In this document: in pieces, positions 26,950 to 37,222 of the stretch | Layout: each line of letters opens with the position of its first letter | Position numbering within the stretch: position 1 is the stretch's first letter | From: an uncultured Alphaproteobacteria bacterium | GTDB taxonomy: Bacteria > Pseudomonadota > Alphaproteobacteria > Rhizobiales > Xanthobacteraceae | Reading direction: 5' to 3' | Assembly (NCBI GenBank): GCA_963710235.1 | Contig: CAVPZI010000009.1 | Span: 119,417 to 183,416, forward strand | Length of the DNA: 64,000 bases | Program-made: the position numbers and the translations under genes | The notes under the pieces: model-generated | The model's input: only the letters and a program-made list of their open reading frames with translations | Databases searched by the model: none | Told to the model about the DNA's origin: nothing

Positions 26950-27672
26950 ATGCGCGCCCATCAGATCATGACCAGGAATGTCATCACCGTCAGGCCCGAC
27001 ACGCCGATCGTCGAGGCAGCCAGGCTGATGCTGGAGAACCACCTCAGCGGCCTTCCCGTGCTCGATGAACAGGGAAAACTGGCCGGAATCGTCTCCGAGG
27101 GAGATTTCCTGCGCCGCGCGGAGATCGGCACGCAGCGCAAGCGGCCGCGCTGGCTGCAATATTTCATCGGACCGGGTCGCGCGGCCAGTGAATTCGTCCT
27201 TGCCAGCGGGCGCAAGGTCGATGAAGTCATGACGCTCGAGCCGTTGGCGATCACCGAGGACACGACGCTCGAAGAAATCGTACAGTTGATGGAGAAGCGC
27301 CGCGTCAAGCGCCTGCCCGTCATGCGCAACGATCGGCTGGTCGGCATCGTGACGCGCGCCAACCTGCTGCAGGCCGTCGCGAGCCTGGCGCGCGATGTGC
27401 CCGACCCGACCGCCGACGACGACCACATCCGGGAGCGCGTTTTCAACGCCATCGCCAACACGGACTGGCGGCCGATCGGACTGCAGGTGACGGCGCGCAA
27501 CGGCGTCGTCCATCTGCACGGCATCGTCGTCACTCCAAGCGCACGGCAAGCCGCGATCGTGGCGGCGGAAAATATCGCGGGCGTGAAGGAAGTGCACGAT
27601 CATCTGTGCTTCGTCGACACCTATTCGGGCTTCTACCTCGAATCGCCCGAAGACATAAAGGCCGCCAGCTGA
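26950..27672 (+). CDS. CBS pair + BON domain protein
   Basis: 240 aa. IMTRNVITVRPDTPIVEAARLM..LSGLPVLDEQGKLAGIVSEGD (CBS x2). C-terminal BON-like VTARNGVVHLHGIVVTPSARQAAIVAAENIAGVKEV. Confidence 0.8.
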   Translation: MRAHQIMTRNVITVRPDTPIVEAARLMLENHLSGLPVLDEQGKLAGIVSEGDFLRRAEIGTQRKRPRWLQYFIGPGRAASEFVLASGRKVDEVMTLEPLAITEDTTLEEIVQLMEKRRVKRLPVMRNDRLVGIVTRANLLQAVASLARDVPDPTADDDHIRERVFNAIANTDWRPIGLQVTARNGVVHLHGIVVTPSARQAAIVAAENIAGVKEVHDHLCFVDTYSGFYLESPEDIKAAS

Positions 27673-27711
27673 TCGCCGCCGGAGGCTCGACCATTCGCGT
27701 GACGCACAAAT

Positions 27712-27725
27712 TTGATTTCGGTCAA
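27712..27725. promoter_or_regulatory. FixK/FNR-type box TTGATTTCGGTCAA
   Basis: 54 bp upstream of ORF 27779. Confidence 0.65.
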
Positions 27726-27778
27726 AGCCGGCGCCTGCGGTTCGGTATAGCCAGACTTGTTGAATTAAGGAGGTCGCC

Positions 27779-28102
27779 GTGCCCTCGTTCGATGTGCGTT
27801 TCATAAAAACCGTTTGCGACGACACCGGCCATGAGCATCGCGCCTGCCAGGCCGCGTTCACCGTCGACGCCGCATCGCTCACGGAGGCGGTGCAGCGGGC
27901 GGAAGCGCTGTTTTGCGGTCAGAAGCGCATTCATGACTGGACCCTGTTCGCAGACGCCGTGGAGTTTCGATCCCGGACCGCGCTCGCGGCGCATGGCCGG
28001 CGTCTTGCGGCCGCCCGGACGTCCCGGGATCCGGTCGCGATCAGTGGAAATTCAGGCCGCATCGACCTGGATCAACCAGGCGGCCCTGGCGAACCCAAGT
28101 AG
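27779..28102 (+). CDS. Hypothetical protein
   Basis: GTG start preceded by AAGGAGG. MPSFDVRFIKTVCDDTGHEHRACQAAF... The C-terminal third is low-complexity and contains the next FixK-like box, so the true stop or extent is uncertain. Confidence 0.45.
   Translation: MPSFDVRFIKTVCDDTGHEHRACQAAFTVDAASLTEAVQRAEALFCGQKRIHDWTLFADAVEFRSRTALAAHGRRLAAARTSRDPVAISGNSGRIDLDQPGGPGEPK
28061..28074. promoter_or_regulatory. Near-consensus FixK-type box TCGACCTGGATCAA
   Basis: One mismatch in the left half-site. 40 bp upstream of ORF 28114. Confidence 0.45.
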
Positions 28103-28113
28103 GAAGGAAGGCA

Positions 28114-28578
28114 TTGGACATGTTTGCACGATCTGGCAAGGCCGACAGGGTTTCGCTTTTCGGGACTTTTCTGGACGGAGCAAGAAAGGCGGTTTTCCGC
28201 TGGAACGAGATCGGCCGTCTAAGCTCGCAGGAAATCGAGGGAATCGCGCGAGACTTGCATGTCTCGACGCCGGAGTTGCTCTCGCTGGCCCAGACATCGC
28301 CGGGCTCCGCGGCGCTGCTCGATCGTCGCCTGGCGCAGTCCGGCCTGTCGAAAGACGTCCTGGCCGCCCGACGCGGCGAGGTGCTGCGCGATATGGAGCG
28401 GGTATGCCGGCTTTGCATCGCCAAGAACCGTTGCGCGGCCGATCTCGACGGTGCCGACCATGTCGAGCACCAGCCGGAATATTGTCCCAATGATCTCACG
28501 CTGGAGGCGCTTGTAAGCAAGGCAGCCCGCCTCGATCGCCCGGTTGATCTCGCCGCGCCCACGCCGGCGAACCGTTGA
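28114..28578 (+). CDS. Hypothetical Cys-containing protein (DUF6455-like)
   Basis: 154 aa. N-terminal DUF1127-like segment ([23 protein letters not shown]). C-terminal [18 protein letters not shown]...EYCPND. Confidence 0.55.
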   Translation: MDMFARSGKADRVSLFGTFLDGARKAVFRWNEIGRLSSQEIEGIARDLHVSTPELLSLAQTSPGSAALLDRRLAQSGLSKDVLAARRGEVLRDMERVCRLCIAKNRCAADLDGADHVEHQPEYCPNDLTLEALVSKAARLDRPVDLAAPTPANR

Positions 28579-28588
28579 TCTCGATCAA
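28575..28588. promoter_or_regulatory. FixK/FNR-type box TTGATCTCGATCAA of the ccoNOQP promoter
   Basis: Perfect TTGAT-N4-ATCAA, 61 bp upstream of the ccoN ATG 28649. Confidence 0.8.
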
Positions 28589-28648
28589 ACGGCCGGCGCC
28601 GCGTCCATGATTTCCTCGCCCTACTGTGTCCAGAAAGAAAGCCGCACC

Positions 28649-30304
28649 ATGACAACTGCGTCCATGGGTTCGAAATCGATGACGATCGGCGAGGCAATCC
28701 TGTTTCCGCTGTTCGCCGTGCTCGCCTTCCTGTGCCTGATCGGAGCGGCACTGGCCCACGATACCGCCTTTGCCTTTCATGCCTCGCTCGGCAGCATCGC
28801 CAGCATCGCGGCGGCATTTACCATCCTCAATCGCTACTACGATCGGCCGGCCGAGCCGCCGGCGCAGGAGATCGGCGGACGGCCCAACTACAACCTCGGA
28901 CCGATCAAGTTTGCCTCCGTCGCGGCGGTGATCTGGGGTATCGCCGGGTTCGCGGTGGGACTTATCATCGCCTCGCAACTGGCCTGGCCGGCGCTGAACC
29001 TCGACCTGCCCTGGACGACTTTCGGCCGGCTGCGGCCGCTGCATACGTCGGCGGTGGTGTTCGCCTTCGGGGGCAACGTGCTGATCGCGACCTCGTTGTA
29101 TGTGGTTCAGAAGACCTGCCGCGTTCGTCTCGCCGGCGAGCTCGCGCCGTGGTTCGTCGTGCTCGGCTACAATTTCTTCATCGTGATCGCGGGCACCGGC
29201 TACCTGCTCGGCGTCACGCAATCCAAGGAATATGCCGAACCGGAATGGTACGCCGACCTCTGGCTGACCATCGTCTGGGTGACCTATCTGCTGGTTTTCC
29301 TGATGACGCTGGTGAAGCGCAAGGAGCCGCACATCTTCGTCGCCAACTGGTTCTACCTTGCCTTCATCGTCACCATCGCGGTGCTCCATCTCGGCAACAA
29401 TCCGGCGCTGCCGGTCTCGTTCCTCGGATCGAAGTCCTACATCGCCTGGGGCGGCGTGCAGGACGCCATGTTCCAGTGGTGGTACGGGCATAATGCGGTC
29501 GGCTTCTTCCTGACCGCCGGATTCCTCGCGATCATGTATTACTTCATTCCGAAGCGCGCCGAGCGGCCGATCTATTCCTACCGGCTTTCCATCATCCATT
29601 TCTGGGCGCTGATCTTCCTGTACATCTGGGCCGGCCCGCATCACCTGCACTACACGGCGCTGCCGGACTGGGCGCAGACGCTCGGCATGACGTTTTCGAT
29701 CATGCTCTGGATGCCGTCCTGGGGCGGCATGATCAACGGCCTGATGACCCTGTCCGGCGCCTGGGACAAGCTGCGCACCGATCCGGTGCTGCGCATGCTG
29801 GTGGTGTCGGTCGCCTTCTACGGCATGGCCACCTTCGAGGGGCCGATGATGTCGATCAAGGTGGTCAATTCACTGAGCCACTATACCGACTGGACCATCG
29901 GCCACGTGCATTCCGGCGCGCTCGGCTGGGTCGGCTTCGTCTCGTTCGGTGCGCTGTACTGCCTGGTGCCCTGGCTGTGGGACCGCAAGGGCCTCTACAG
30001 CCTCAAGCTGGTCAACTGGCACTTCTGGATCTCGACCATCGGCATCGTGCTGTACATCTCGGCGATGTGGGTGTCCGGAATCCTGCAGGGCCTGATGTGG
30101 CGTGCCTATACCTCGCTCGGCTTCCTCGAATATTCCTTCATCGAATCCGTCGAGGCGATGCATCCGTTCTACATCATCCGCGCCGCCGGCGGCGCCCTGT
30201 TCCTGATCGGCGCGCTGATCATGGCCTTCAATCTCTGGATGACGGTCAATGCCAGGGAGGCCGACGAAACCCAAGCCGCCGCATTGCTCCAGCCCGCCGA
30301 ATAG
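28649..30304 (+). CDS. ccoN: cbb3-type cytochrome c oxidase subunit I
   Basis: 551 aa, many TM helices, heme-copper oxidase His ligands ([33 protein letters not shown]). ORF opens at 28544. Confidence 0.95.
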   Translation: MTTASMGSKSMTIGEAILFPLFAVLAFLCLIGAALAHDTAFAFHASLGSIASIAAAFTILNRYYDRPAEPPAQEIGGRPNYNLGPIKFASVAAVIWGIAGFAVGLIIASQLAWPALNLDLPWTTFGRLRPLHTSAVVFAFGGNVLIATSLYVVQKTCRVRLAGELAPWFVVLGYNFFIVIAGTGYLLGVTQSKEYAEPEWYADLWLTIVWVTYLLVFLMTLVKRKEPHIFVANWFYLAFIVTIAVLHLGNNPALPVSFLGSKSYIAWGGVQDAMFQWWYGHNAVGFFLTAGFLAIMYYFIPKRAERPIYSYRLSIIHFWALIFLYIWAGPHHLHYTALPDWAQTLGMTFSIMLWMPSWGGMINGLMTLSGAWDKLRTDPVLRMLVVSVAFYGMATFEGPMMSIKVVNSLSHYTDWTIGHVHSGALGWVGFVSFGALYCLVPWLWDRKGLYSLKLVNWHFWISTIGIVLYISAMWVSGILQGLMWRAYTSLGFLEYSFIESVEAMHPFYIIRAAGGALFLIGALIMAFNLWMTVNAREADETQAAALLQPAE

Positions 30305-30312
30305 GACGCCGC

Positions 30313-31047
30313 ATGTCTCTCTGGAACCGACACGCCATTTTCGAGAAGAACTCGATCATCCTGATCGCGGGCATTCTCGCGGTCATCGCCATCGGCGGCC
30401 TCGTCGAGATCACGCCGCTGTTCTATCTCAAGAGCACCATCGAGGCGGTGGACGGCGTGCGGCCGTATACGCCGCTGGAACTGACCGGCCGCAACATCTA
30501 TGTCCGCGAAGGCTGCTACCTCTGCCACTCGCAGATGATCCGCCCGCTGCGCGACGAGGTCGAGCGCTATGGGCACTACTCGCTGGCGGCGGAGAGCATG
30601 TACGACCATCCGTTCCAGTGGGGCTCCAAGCGCACCGGTCCGGATCTCGCCCGGGTCGGCGCCAAATATTCCGATGACTGGCATGTCCGCCATCTGATCG
30701 ATCCGAGGTCGATCGTGCCGCAATCGGTGATGCCCGGATATCCGGCGCTGGCCGAAACCGAGGTCGACGCGGAAAATATCGCCGCTCATCTGCGCACCAG
30801 CCGCGCCGTCGGCGTGCCCTATACCGACGAGCAGATCGCCAGCGCCAGGGCCGATCTCAAGGCCCAGACCGATCCCGACAGTCCGGACGCCGAGGCGTTC
30901 CAGAAGCGCTATCCGAAAGCCGTCGCCCGGAATTTCGACGGCAAGCCCGGCAACCCGACCGAACTCGATGCCCTGGTCGCGTATCTGCAGATGCTGGGCA
31001 CGCTGGTGGATTTCAAGCTCTACGACGAAAAAGCGAATTTGCGCTGA
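30313..31047 (+). CDS. ccoO: cbb3-type cytochrome c oxidase subunit II (monoheme)
   Basis: 244 aa. N-terminal TM, heme motif CYLCHS, conserved GPDLARVG. Confidence 0.95.
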   Translation: MSLWNRHAIFEKNSIILIAGILAVIAIGGLVEITPLFYLKSTIEAVDGVRPYTPLELTGRNIYVREGCYLCHSQMIRPLRDEVERYGHYSLAAESMYDHPFQWGSKRTGPDLARVGAKYSDDWHVRHLIDPRSIVPQSVMPGYPALAETEVDAENIAAHLRTSRAVGVPYTDEQIASARADLKAQTDPDSPDAEAFQKRYPKAVARNFDGKPGNPTELDALVAYLQMLGTLVDFKLYDEKANLR

Positions 31048-31058
31048 AGGGTTCAAAC

Positions 31059-31223
31059 ATGAAAGCGATCGTTTCCATCGAAAACCTGGCGTCGAACCTC
31101 GTCCTGACCTTGTGGACGCCGGTCTTCGTCGGGATATTCGTCGCCATCGTGCTCTATGCGCTGCGCCCCCGGAACAAGACGCTTTTCGATGCCGCGGCCA
31201 GAATGCCGCTGCGGGAGGACTGA
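31059..31223 (+). CDS. ccoQ: cbb3-type cytochrome oxidase subunit CcoQ/FixQ (54 aa)
   Basis: MKAIVSIENLASNLVLTLWTPVFVGIFVAIVLYALRPRNKTLFDAAARMPLRED*. Single TM, located between ccoO and ccoP. Not in the ORF track (under 60 aa). Confidence 0.8.
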   Translation: MKAIVSIENLASNLVLTLWTPVFVGIFVAIVLYALRPRNKTLFDAAARMPLRED

Positions 31224-31229
31224 CAGAAC

Positions 31230-32102
31230 ATGGCCGAGCATCAGGATTTCGACAAGGTATCGGGCCGTTCGACAACGGGCCACGAGTGGGACGGCATCAA
31301 GGAATTGAACACGCCGTTGCCGCGCTGGTGGATCCTGACGTTCTACGCCACGATCCTGTGGGCGATCGGATACTGGGTCGTGTATCCGGCGTGGCCGCTG
31401 GTGACCGGCTACACGACCGGACTGTTCCATTATTCGACCCGGGCCAGCGTCGCCGGCGAACTTGCCAATCTCGAAGCGCTGCGCGGCGAGAAGATGAAAG
31501 TGCTGGGAAGCACCTCGCTTGCGGATATCGAAAAGGACCCGGCCCTGCTGGCGCTGGCGCGGGCGCGGGGCAAGACGGTGTTTGCCGACAATTGCGCGCC
31601 CTGCCACGGCAGCGGCGGCGCGGGTGCCAAGGGATATCCAAATCTGAACGACGACGACTGGCTGTGGGGCGGTTCGCTCGATCAGATCCTGCAGACGATC
31701 CAGTTCGGCGCGAGGTCGGGACATGCCAAGGCCCATGATAGCCAGATGCTGGCTTTCGGTCGCGACGCGATCCTGAAGAAGGACGAGATCGTCACCGCGG
31801 CAAACTATGTGCGTTCCCTGTCCGGCCTCTCGACCGCCGCCGGGTTCGATGCGGCAGCCGGACAGAAGATCTTTGCCGCCAACTGCGCGAGCTGCCATGG
31901 CGACGACGCCAGGGGCAACCAGGAGGTCGGCGCGCCGAACCTGACCGACAGGATCTGGTTGTACGGTTCGGACGAAGCCACGCTGGTTGAAACCATCAGC
32001 AACGGCCGTGCCGGCGTCATGCCGGCCTGGAGCGGGCGTCTCGACCCCGTCACCATCAAGGCGCTGGCCGTGTACGTGCATTCGCTGGGCGGCGGCAAAT
32101 AG
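31230..32102 (+). CDS. ccoP: cbb3-type cytochrome c oxidase subunit III (diheme)
   Basis: 290 aa. Two CxxCH motifs (CAPCHG, CASCHG). N-terminal HEWDGIKELNTPLPRWW. Confidence 0.95.
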   Translation: MAEHQDFDKVSGRSTTGHEWDGIKELNTPLPRWWILTFYATILWAIGYWVVYPAWPLVTGYTTGLFHYSTRASVAGELANLEALRGEKMKVLGSTSLADIEKDPALLALARARGKTVFADNCAPCHGSGGAGAKGYPNLNDDDWLWGGSLDQILQTIQFGARSGHAKAHDSQMLAFGRDAILKKDEIVTAANYVRSLSGLSTAAGFDAAAGQKIFAANCASCHGDDARGNQEVGAPNLTDRIWLYGSDEATLVETISNGRAGVMPAWSGRLDPVTIKALAVYVHSLGGGK

Positions 32103-32137
32103 CCGCCGACAGGCCTGTCGTCGGCCGCGGCGGCCGG

Positions 32138-32151
32138 TTGATGTAGGTCAA
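32138..32151. promoter_or_regulatory. FixK/FNR-type box TTGATGTAGGTCAA of the fixGHIS promoter
   Basis: 45 bp upstream of the fixG start 32196. Confidence 0.75.
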
Positions 32152-32195
32152 GCACGGGCCCGGTCACGCGCGATAAATTCACCCGAGGACCCTTT

Positions 32196-33707
32196 GTGAA
32201 CCCTCAGGTCATGAAAAACATGGTGTCACCCGACGACCTGCTGATGGACGATGACGGGCCGCTTTATGTGGCCCACAAGAAAGTCTATCCGCAAAGCGTC
32301 TCCGGCACGTTTCGCAGGATCAAGTGGCGGCTGATGGCGTTTTGCCTCGGCGTCTACTACCTGCTGCCTTTCGTGCGCTGGAACCGCGGCCTCGGGGCGC
32401 CGGGCCAGGCCATTCTCATCGACCTGCCGAATCGCCGCTTCTACTTCTTCTTCATCGAGCTGTGGCCGCAGGAAATCTATTACTTCACCGGGCTGTTGAT
32501 CCTCGCCGCGATGACGCTGTTCCTGATGAACGCGCTCGGCGGGCGCATCTGGTGCGGCTATCTGTGTCCGCAGACGGTCTGGACCGACCTGTTCTATGCG
32601 GTGGAACGCTGGGTCGAAGGCGATCGGCGCGAGCGGATCAGGGCCGACGCGGCGGGCATGACCGCCAACCGCACCGCGCGACGCGTATTGAAGCACGCGA
32701 TCTGGCTGGCGATCGCCTGGTGGACCGGCGGCGCATGGGTGCTCTACTTCGCCGACGCGCCGACGCTGGTCAAGCAGCTCGCCACGTTCCAGGCGCCGGC
32801 GATCGCCTATATCTGGATCGGCATCCTGACGCTCTCGACCTACGTGCTGGCGGGCTATATGCGCGAGCAGGTCTGCGTCTACATGTGTCCGTGGCCGCGC
32901 ATCCAGGCGGCGCTGACCGACGAGTGGGCGCTCAACGTCACCTATAAATACGATCGCGGCGAGGCGCGCTGCTCGCTGAAGAAATCGATCGATCTGCGGG
33001 CGCTCGGCGACAAGGTCGGCGACTGCATCGATTGCAACCAGTGCGTGGCGGTCTGCCCCACCGGCATCGATATCCGTGACGGCGCCCAGCTCGGCTGTAT
33101 CCAGTGCGGGCTTTGCATCGACGCCTGTGACTCCGTCATGACCAAGATCGGCCGCGAAACCCGCCTGATCGGCTACGACAACGACATCAACGTGCAACGC
33201 CGGGTGGCCGGGAAAAGCGAGATTTTCAAGCCGTTTCGGGCGCGCACCACGGTCTATGCATCGCTGATCGTCGTGGTTTGCGCCGTGATGCTTTATGCGC
33301 TGCTGACGCGGACCCTGCTCGACATCAACGTGCTGCACGACCGCAATCCCGTGGCGGTCAAGCTCAGCGACGGTTCGATCCGCAACGCCTACACCATGCG
33401 TTTCCTCAACAAGCACGGATTCGGCGTCGTGGTCGCGGTCGACATCGACGGCCCGCCCGACGCCAAGGTCCACATCGTCGGCGTCGACTCGGTGACCCCG
33501 GACCGGCCGATGATCGTGCTGGGCCGCGACCAGACCACCGAGCTGCGCGTGCTGGTGACCGCGCCATTCAGCGAGGCGCCGGAGAAATCCGTGCCCGTGA
33601 CGTTTCGCGTCACCGACATCGGGCTTGGCGAGGTCGCCACCGCCACCGATCATTTCGTAACCCTAGACATGCCGGTGAAACCGGTCCGAGGGATCATGCA
33701 AACCTGA
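32196..33707 (+). CDS. ccoG: cbb3 oxidase accessory 4Fe-4S protein FixG/CcoG
   Basis: 503 aa. Ferredoxin-type clusters CIDCNQCVAVCP and CIQCGLCIDACD, with several TM helices. Confidence 0.9.
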   Translation: MNPQVMKNMVSPDDLLMDDDGPLYVAHKKVYPQSVSGTFRRIKWRLMAFCLGVYYLLPFVRWNRGLGAPGQAILIDLPNRRFYFFFIELWPQEIYYFTGLLILAAMTLFLMNALGGRIWCGYLCPQTVWTDLFYAVERWVEGDRRERIRADAAGMTANRTARRVLKHAIWLAIAWWTGGAWVLYFADAPTLVKQLATFQAPAIAYIWIGILTLSTYVLAGYMREQVCVYMCPWPRIQAALTDEWALNVTYKYDRGEARCSLKKSIDLRALGDKVGDCIDCNQCVAVCPTGIDIRDGAQLGCIQCGLCIDACDSVMTKIGRETRLIGYDNDINVQRRVAGKSEIFKPFRARTTVYASLIVVVCAVMLYALLTRTLLDINVLHDRNPVAVKLSDGSIRNAYTMRFLNKHGFGVVVAVDIDGPPDAKVHIVGVDSVTPDRPMIVLGRDQTTELRVLVTAPFSEAPEKSVPVTFRVTDIGLGEVATATDHFVTLDMPVKPVRGIMQT

Positions 33708-33733
33708 ATGCCAGGCCGCCGAGGAACCGACAC

Positions 33734-34235
33734 ATGAGCGCATCTGCTTCAACCGCGCGGCCGCTGACCGGACGCTTCGTTTTCATTGCGGTGGTTTCGT
33801 TCTTTGCCGTCGTCATCGGAGTCAATGTGGTGATGATGCGGTTGGCCATCAGCCACCCTGCCCGGTACCGAGGTCGACAGCGCCTATAGCGCCGGCCTGG
33901 CCTACCAGCGGGAAATCCTGCTCGCCCGCCAGCAGGATGCCCGGGACTGGAAGATCGATGCGCATATCGAGCGCAACGCCGACGGCGCCGCCGCCCTCAC
34001 CGTTCGTGCCCTGGATCACGGTGGCGCGCCGCTGGCGGGCCTCGCCATCTTCGCAAGGCTCGAGCGCCCCACCGACCGGCGCGCGGACCGCGCCTTCGAA
34101 ATCGCCGAGAGCGGCGGGGGCAGCTATCGCGGCTCGGCACAGGGCGTCGCGCCGGGGCAGTGGGATCTCGTGATCGAGGCCGACAGCTCCGGCAAGCGCG
34201 TGTTCCTGTCGCGTAACCGTATCGTCCTGAACTGA
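33734..34235 (+). pseudogene. ccoH: FixH/CcoH with an apparent +1 frameshift
   Basis: MSASASTARPLTGRFVFIAVVSFFAVVIGVNVVMMRLAIS, then the frame breaks at agCCacc (~33853). The FixH sequence TLPGTEVDSAYSAGLAYQREI...RNRIVLN* continues in the +1 frame to 34235. Confidence 0.8.
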
Positions 34236-34247
34236 CGCGTGAGAGCC

Positions 34248-36442
34248 ATGTCATCGACGCTGGATTTTTCGCATTACCTGAAGAGCCCCAAGAGCGGCCT
34301 GCTTCGTCTCGATCTGGCAGTCGAAGGCATCAATTGCGCCGGCTGCATGGCCAAGATCGAGCGCAATCTGTCCAGGATTCCCGACGTGACTTCGGCGCGG
34401 GTCAATCTGACCGACCATCGCCTGGCGCTGGAATGGAAGGTGGGATCGGTCGATCCGGCCATGTTCGTCGATCGTCTCGCCGAACTCGGTTACAAGGCCT
34501 ACCCGTTCGAGCCGGCGGATGCGGAGACGCGGGAAGCCGAACGTGCCGGCGCACTGCTGCGCCGGCTCGGCGTCGCCGCGTTCGCGGCCATGAACGTCAT
34601 GATGCTGTCCGTGCCGGTCTGGTCCGGCAATGCCGGCGACATGCTGCCCGAGCAGCGCGATTTCTTTCACTGGCTGTCGGCCCTGATCGTGCTGCCGGCC
34701 GCCGCCTACTCCGGCCAGCCGTTCTTCGCATCAGCCCTGGGCGCGCTCCGCGCCCGCCGCGTCAACATGGATGTGCCGATCAGCATCGGCATCGTGCTCG
34801 CGCTCGCGATGTCGCTGGTCGAGACGGCTTCCCATGCCGACCATGCCTATTTCGACGCCGCCATCATGCTGATCGCCTTCCTGCTGGCCGGCCGATACCT
34901 CGACCAGAACATGCGGCGGCGTACCCGTGCGTTTGCCGGCAACCTCGCCGCGCTCAAGGCCGAGACGGCGACGAAATTCATCAACGACACCGAGATCAGG
35001 ACCGTCCCCGTCGCCGCCATCAAGCCGGGCGATATCGTGCTGCTGCGTCCCGGCGAACGCTCGGCCGTCGACGGCAACGTGATCGAGGGGCGATCCGAGA
35101 TCGATCAGAGCCTGATCACGGGAGAAACCCGGCCCGCGCTGGCGTCGCCCGACAGCGTCGTGTTCGCCGGCACGCTGGTGCTGTCGGGCGCGTTGCGGGT
35201 CCGCGTCGCCGCGGCATCGGAACAGACGCTGCTGGCCGAGATCTCGCGCCTGCTCGAGAATGCGCTGCAATCGCGCTCGCATTACCTTCGCCTGGCCGAG
35301 CGGGCCTCGCGGCTATATGCGCCGGTCGTGCACGCGGCCGCGCTGCTGACCATGCTCGGCTGGCTGCTGTATGGCGCGACCTTCCACGACGCCGTGGTGA
35401 CGGCGATCGCGGTCCTCATCATCACCTGCCCCTGCGCGCTCGGCCTCGCCATACCTGCCGTGCAAACCGTGGCCTCGGGCGCGCTGTTCGGCTCGGGCGT
35501 ACTGCTGAATTCCGCGGACGCCATCGAACGCATCGCGCGGGTCGATCGGGTCATCTTCGACAAGACGGGAACACTGACTTTGCCCGAGCTCGATGTCGCC
35601 AACGCCGCCTGCATCCCCGCCGATGTGTTCGAACTGGCCGGCCGCGTGGCGCTTTCGAGCCGCCATCCGGTCGCCGCCGCGGTCGCGCGCGCCGCGGCGG
35701 CGAAATCGCCGTTGCCCGGGATCGAGGAAGAACCGGGGCAAGGCGTCCACGGCATGCTCGACGGGCACGAGATCAGGCTCGGCCGGCCGTCCTATTGCGG
35801 CGCCGACGAGCTTGCCAATGATGTTCTCAGCCGTGACCCGGAGGCCTCGGTCGTGGCCTTCAGGCACGGTGAAACTCGTCACGTATTCGCGGTGAGGCAG
35901 CGCCTGCGCCCGGACGCGGCCGAGGTCGTCGCGATGCTGCATCGGTGCGGCATCGCCGTCGAGATGCTTTCCGGCGATCGCGAGCCGGCGGTGCGGCAGG
36001 CCGCGCACGTGCTCGGAATTCGCGAATGGCGCGCGGAGGTGACCCCGGTCGACAAGATCGCCCGGATCGACGAACTCGCCCGTCACGGCTCCAGGGTGTT
36101 GATGGTCGGAGACGGCCTGAATGACGCGCCGGCGCTCGCCGCGGCCTACGCCTCGATGTCGCCGGTGAGCGGCGACGCATATCAGCCAGTCGGTAGCGGA
36201 TGCGGTGTTTCTGGGCGAGCGGCTGGCGCCGGTTTCGGCCGCGATCCGCGTTTCACGGCAAGGCGCTGCGGCTGATGCAGCAGAACCTCTGGCTCGCCGT
36301 GGTCTACAACGCGCTCGCCGTGCCCGTCGCGGTGCTTGGGCTGGTGACGCCGCTGATTGCGGCAGCCGCGATGTCCGGCTCCTCGCTACTGGTCATGCTC
36401 AATGCGTTGCGGGCGCGAGCGAAGACGGGGGAAATGGTCTGA
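34248..36442 (+). pseudogene. ccoI: Cu-transporting P1B-type ATPase FixI/CcoI with two apparent +1 frameshifts near the 3' end
   Basis: HMA CAGC, CPC (ITCPCALG), DKTGT, GDGLNDAP are all in one frame. Then ...SPVS|[30 protein letters not shown]|[16 protein letters not shown]... is spread over three frames (switches ~36170 and ~36258). Confidence 0.85.
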
Positions 36443-36615
36443 TGGAAGTGCTGGTGTTTCTGGTCCCGCTTGCGATCGCCTTGGGGTTGATCGGTCTGGC
36501 GGGCTTTCTCTGGTCGCTCAGGAGCGGCCAGTATGACGATCTGGACGGCGCGGCCTGGCGGGCCCTCGCCGACGATGAGCCGGCGGGGTCAGCGGACGGC
36601 CAGCAACACCCCTAG
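36442..36615 (+). CDS. ccoS: cbb3 oxidase maturation protein FixS/CcoS
   Basis: 57 aa. MEVLVFLVPLAIALGLIGLAGFLWSLRSGQYDDLDG is the CcoS signature. ATGA overlap with the fixI stop. Confidence 0.85.
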   Translation: MEVLVFLVPLAIALGLIGLAGFLWSLRSGQYDDLDGAAWRALADDEPAGSADGQQHP

Positions 36616-36720
36616 CGCAATGGCGATGCCCGCCCAGGCGATCACGAGGCTCCAGTCGACGCGTTTTCGCGAAGCGCCGAACCGCGACTGCACCAGGAAG
36701 AATGCCAGCATCTTTTTCAT
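36589..36720 (-). CDS. Unlisted 43-aa small membrane protein
   Basis: Strong GAGGAGGA RBS before ATG 36720. MKKMLAFFLVQSRFGASRKRVDWSLVIAWAGIAIALGVLLAVR*. The 3' end overlaps the fixS 3' end. Confidence 0.45.
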   Translation of the reverse strand: MKKMLAFFLVQSRFGASRKRVDWSLVIAWAGIAIALGVLLAVR

Positions 36721-36767
36721 CGGCCGTCCTCCTCGTCTGGACAGATGGAGCCGCGCCGCGACATCCG

Positions 36768-37040
36768 TCAGCAACAGCCAACCGGAACGATGTCGGGATG
36801 CCGGTAGCGCCAATGGGTCGCGGCAACCGACACCGGCTGCAACGTTGCTGCGTCGAGCCAAACGTCGCCGTGGCGCAGAAAGGGATCGTTCAGCACGTCG
36901 ATCTCGCCATCGATGACGGCAAGCTCGACCTCGCGGTCAGCCGGTGCCGTCGCGATGTCGCGCCACTCGGGCGCATTCACAATGCGGGACAAAAATGCAG
37001 TCAGCCGGTTCATGGCCAAAGGACACCCGTCGTGATCCAT
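36768..37040 (-). CDS. Small conserved hypothetical protein, paralog of 20625..20852
   Basis: 90 aa. Shares the TAPxDRE-ELAVID...THWR pattern. A FixK box lies 36 bp upstream. Confidence 0.6.
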   Translation of the reverse strand: MDHDGCPLAMNRLTAFLSRIVNAPEWRDIATAPADREVELAVIDGEIDVLNDPFLRHGDVWLDAATLQPVSVAATHWRYRHPDIVPVGCC

Positions 37041-37075
37041 GGCGCCGACTTTGCGGGAATCCTCCGCCGATGGGC

Positions 37076-37089
37076 TTGACCTGCCTCAA
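37076..37089. promoter_or_regulatory. FixK/FNR-type box TTGACCTGCCTCAA
   Basis: In the 36768..37040 / fixK divergent intergenic region. Confidence 0.6.
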
Positions 37090-37222
37090 CTCGCCGCAGG
37101 TTTGGGCTGAAACCGGTAAAATTACCAGGCTACGGGTTTGTACTTAGGGGAAATATCCAAATTTCGGAAATCGCGGAAACGGGCAAAGTTCCGATCACGA
37201 ACGATCAAACCGGAGTTGTCCC

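Noticed and set aside
37100-37222. Possible FixJ binding site (gtacttaggggaaatatcc) upstream of fixK.
   Set aside because: I cannot recall a precise enough FixJ consensus to score it. The resemblance is to GGGAAA-type motifs only.
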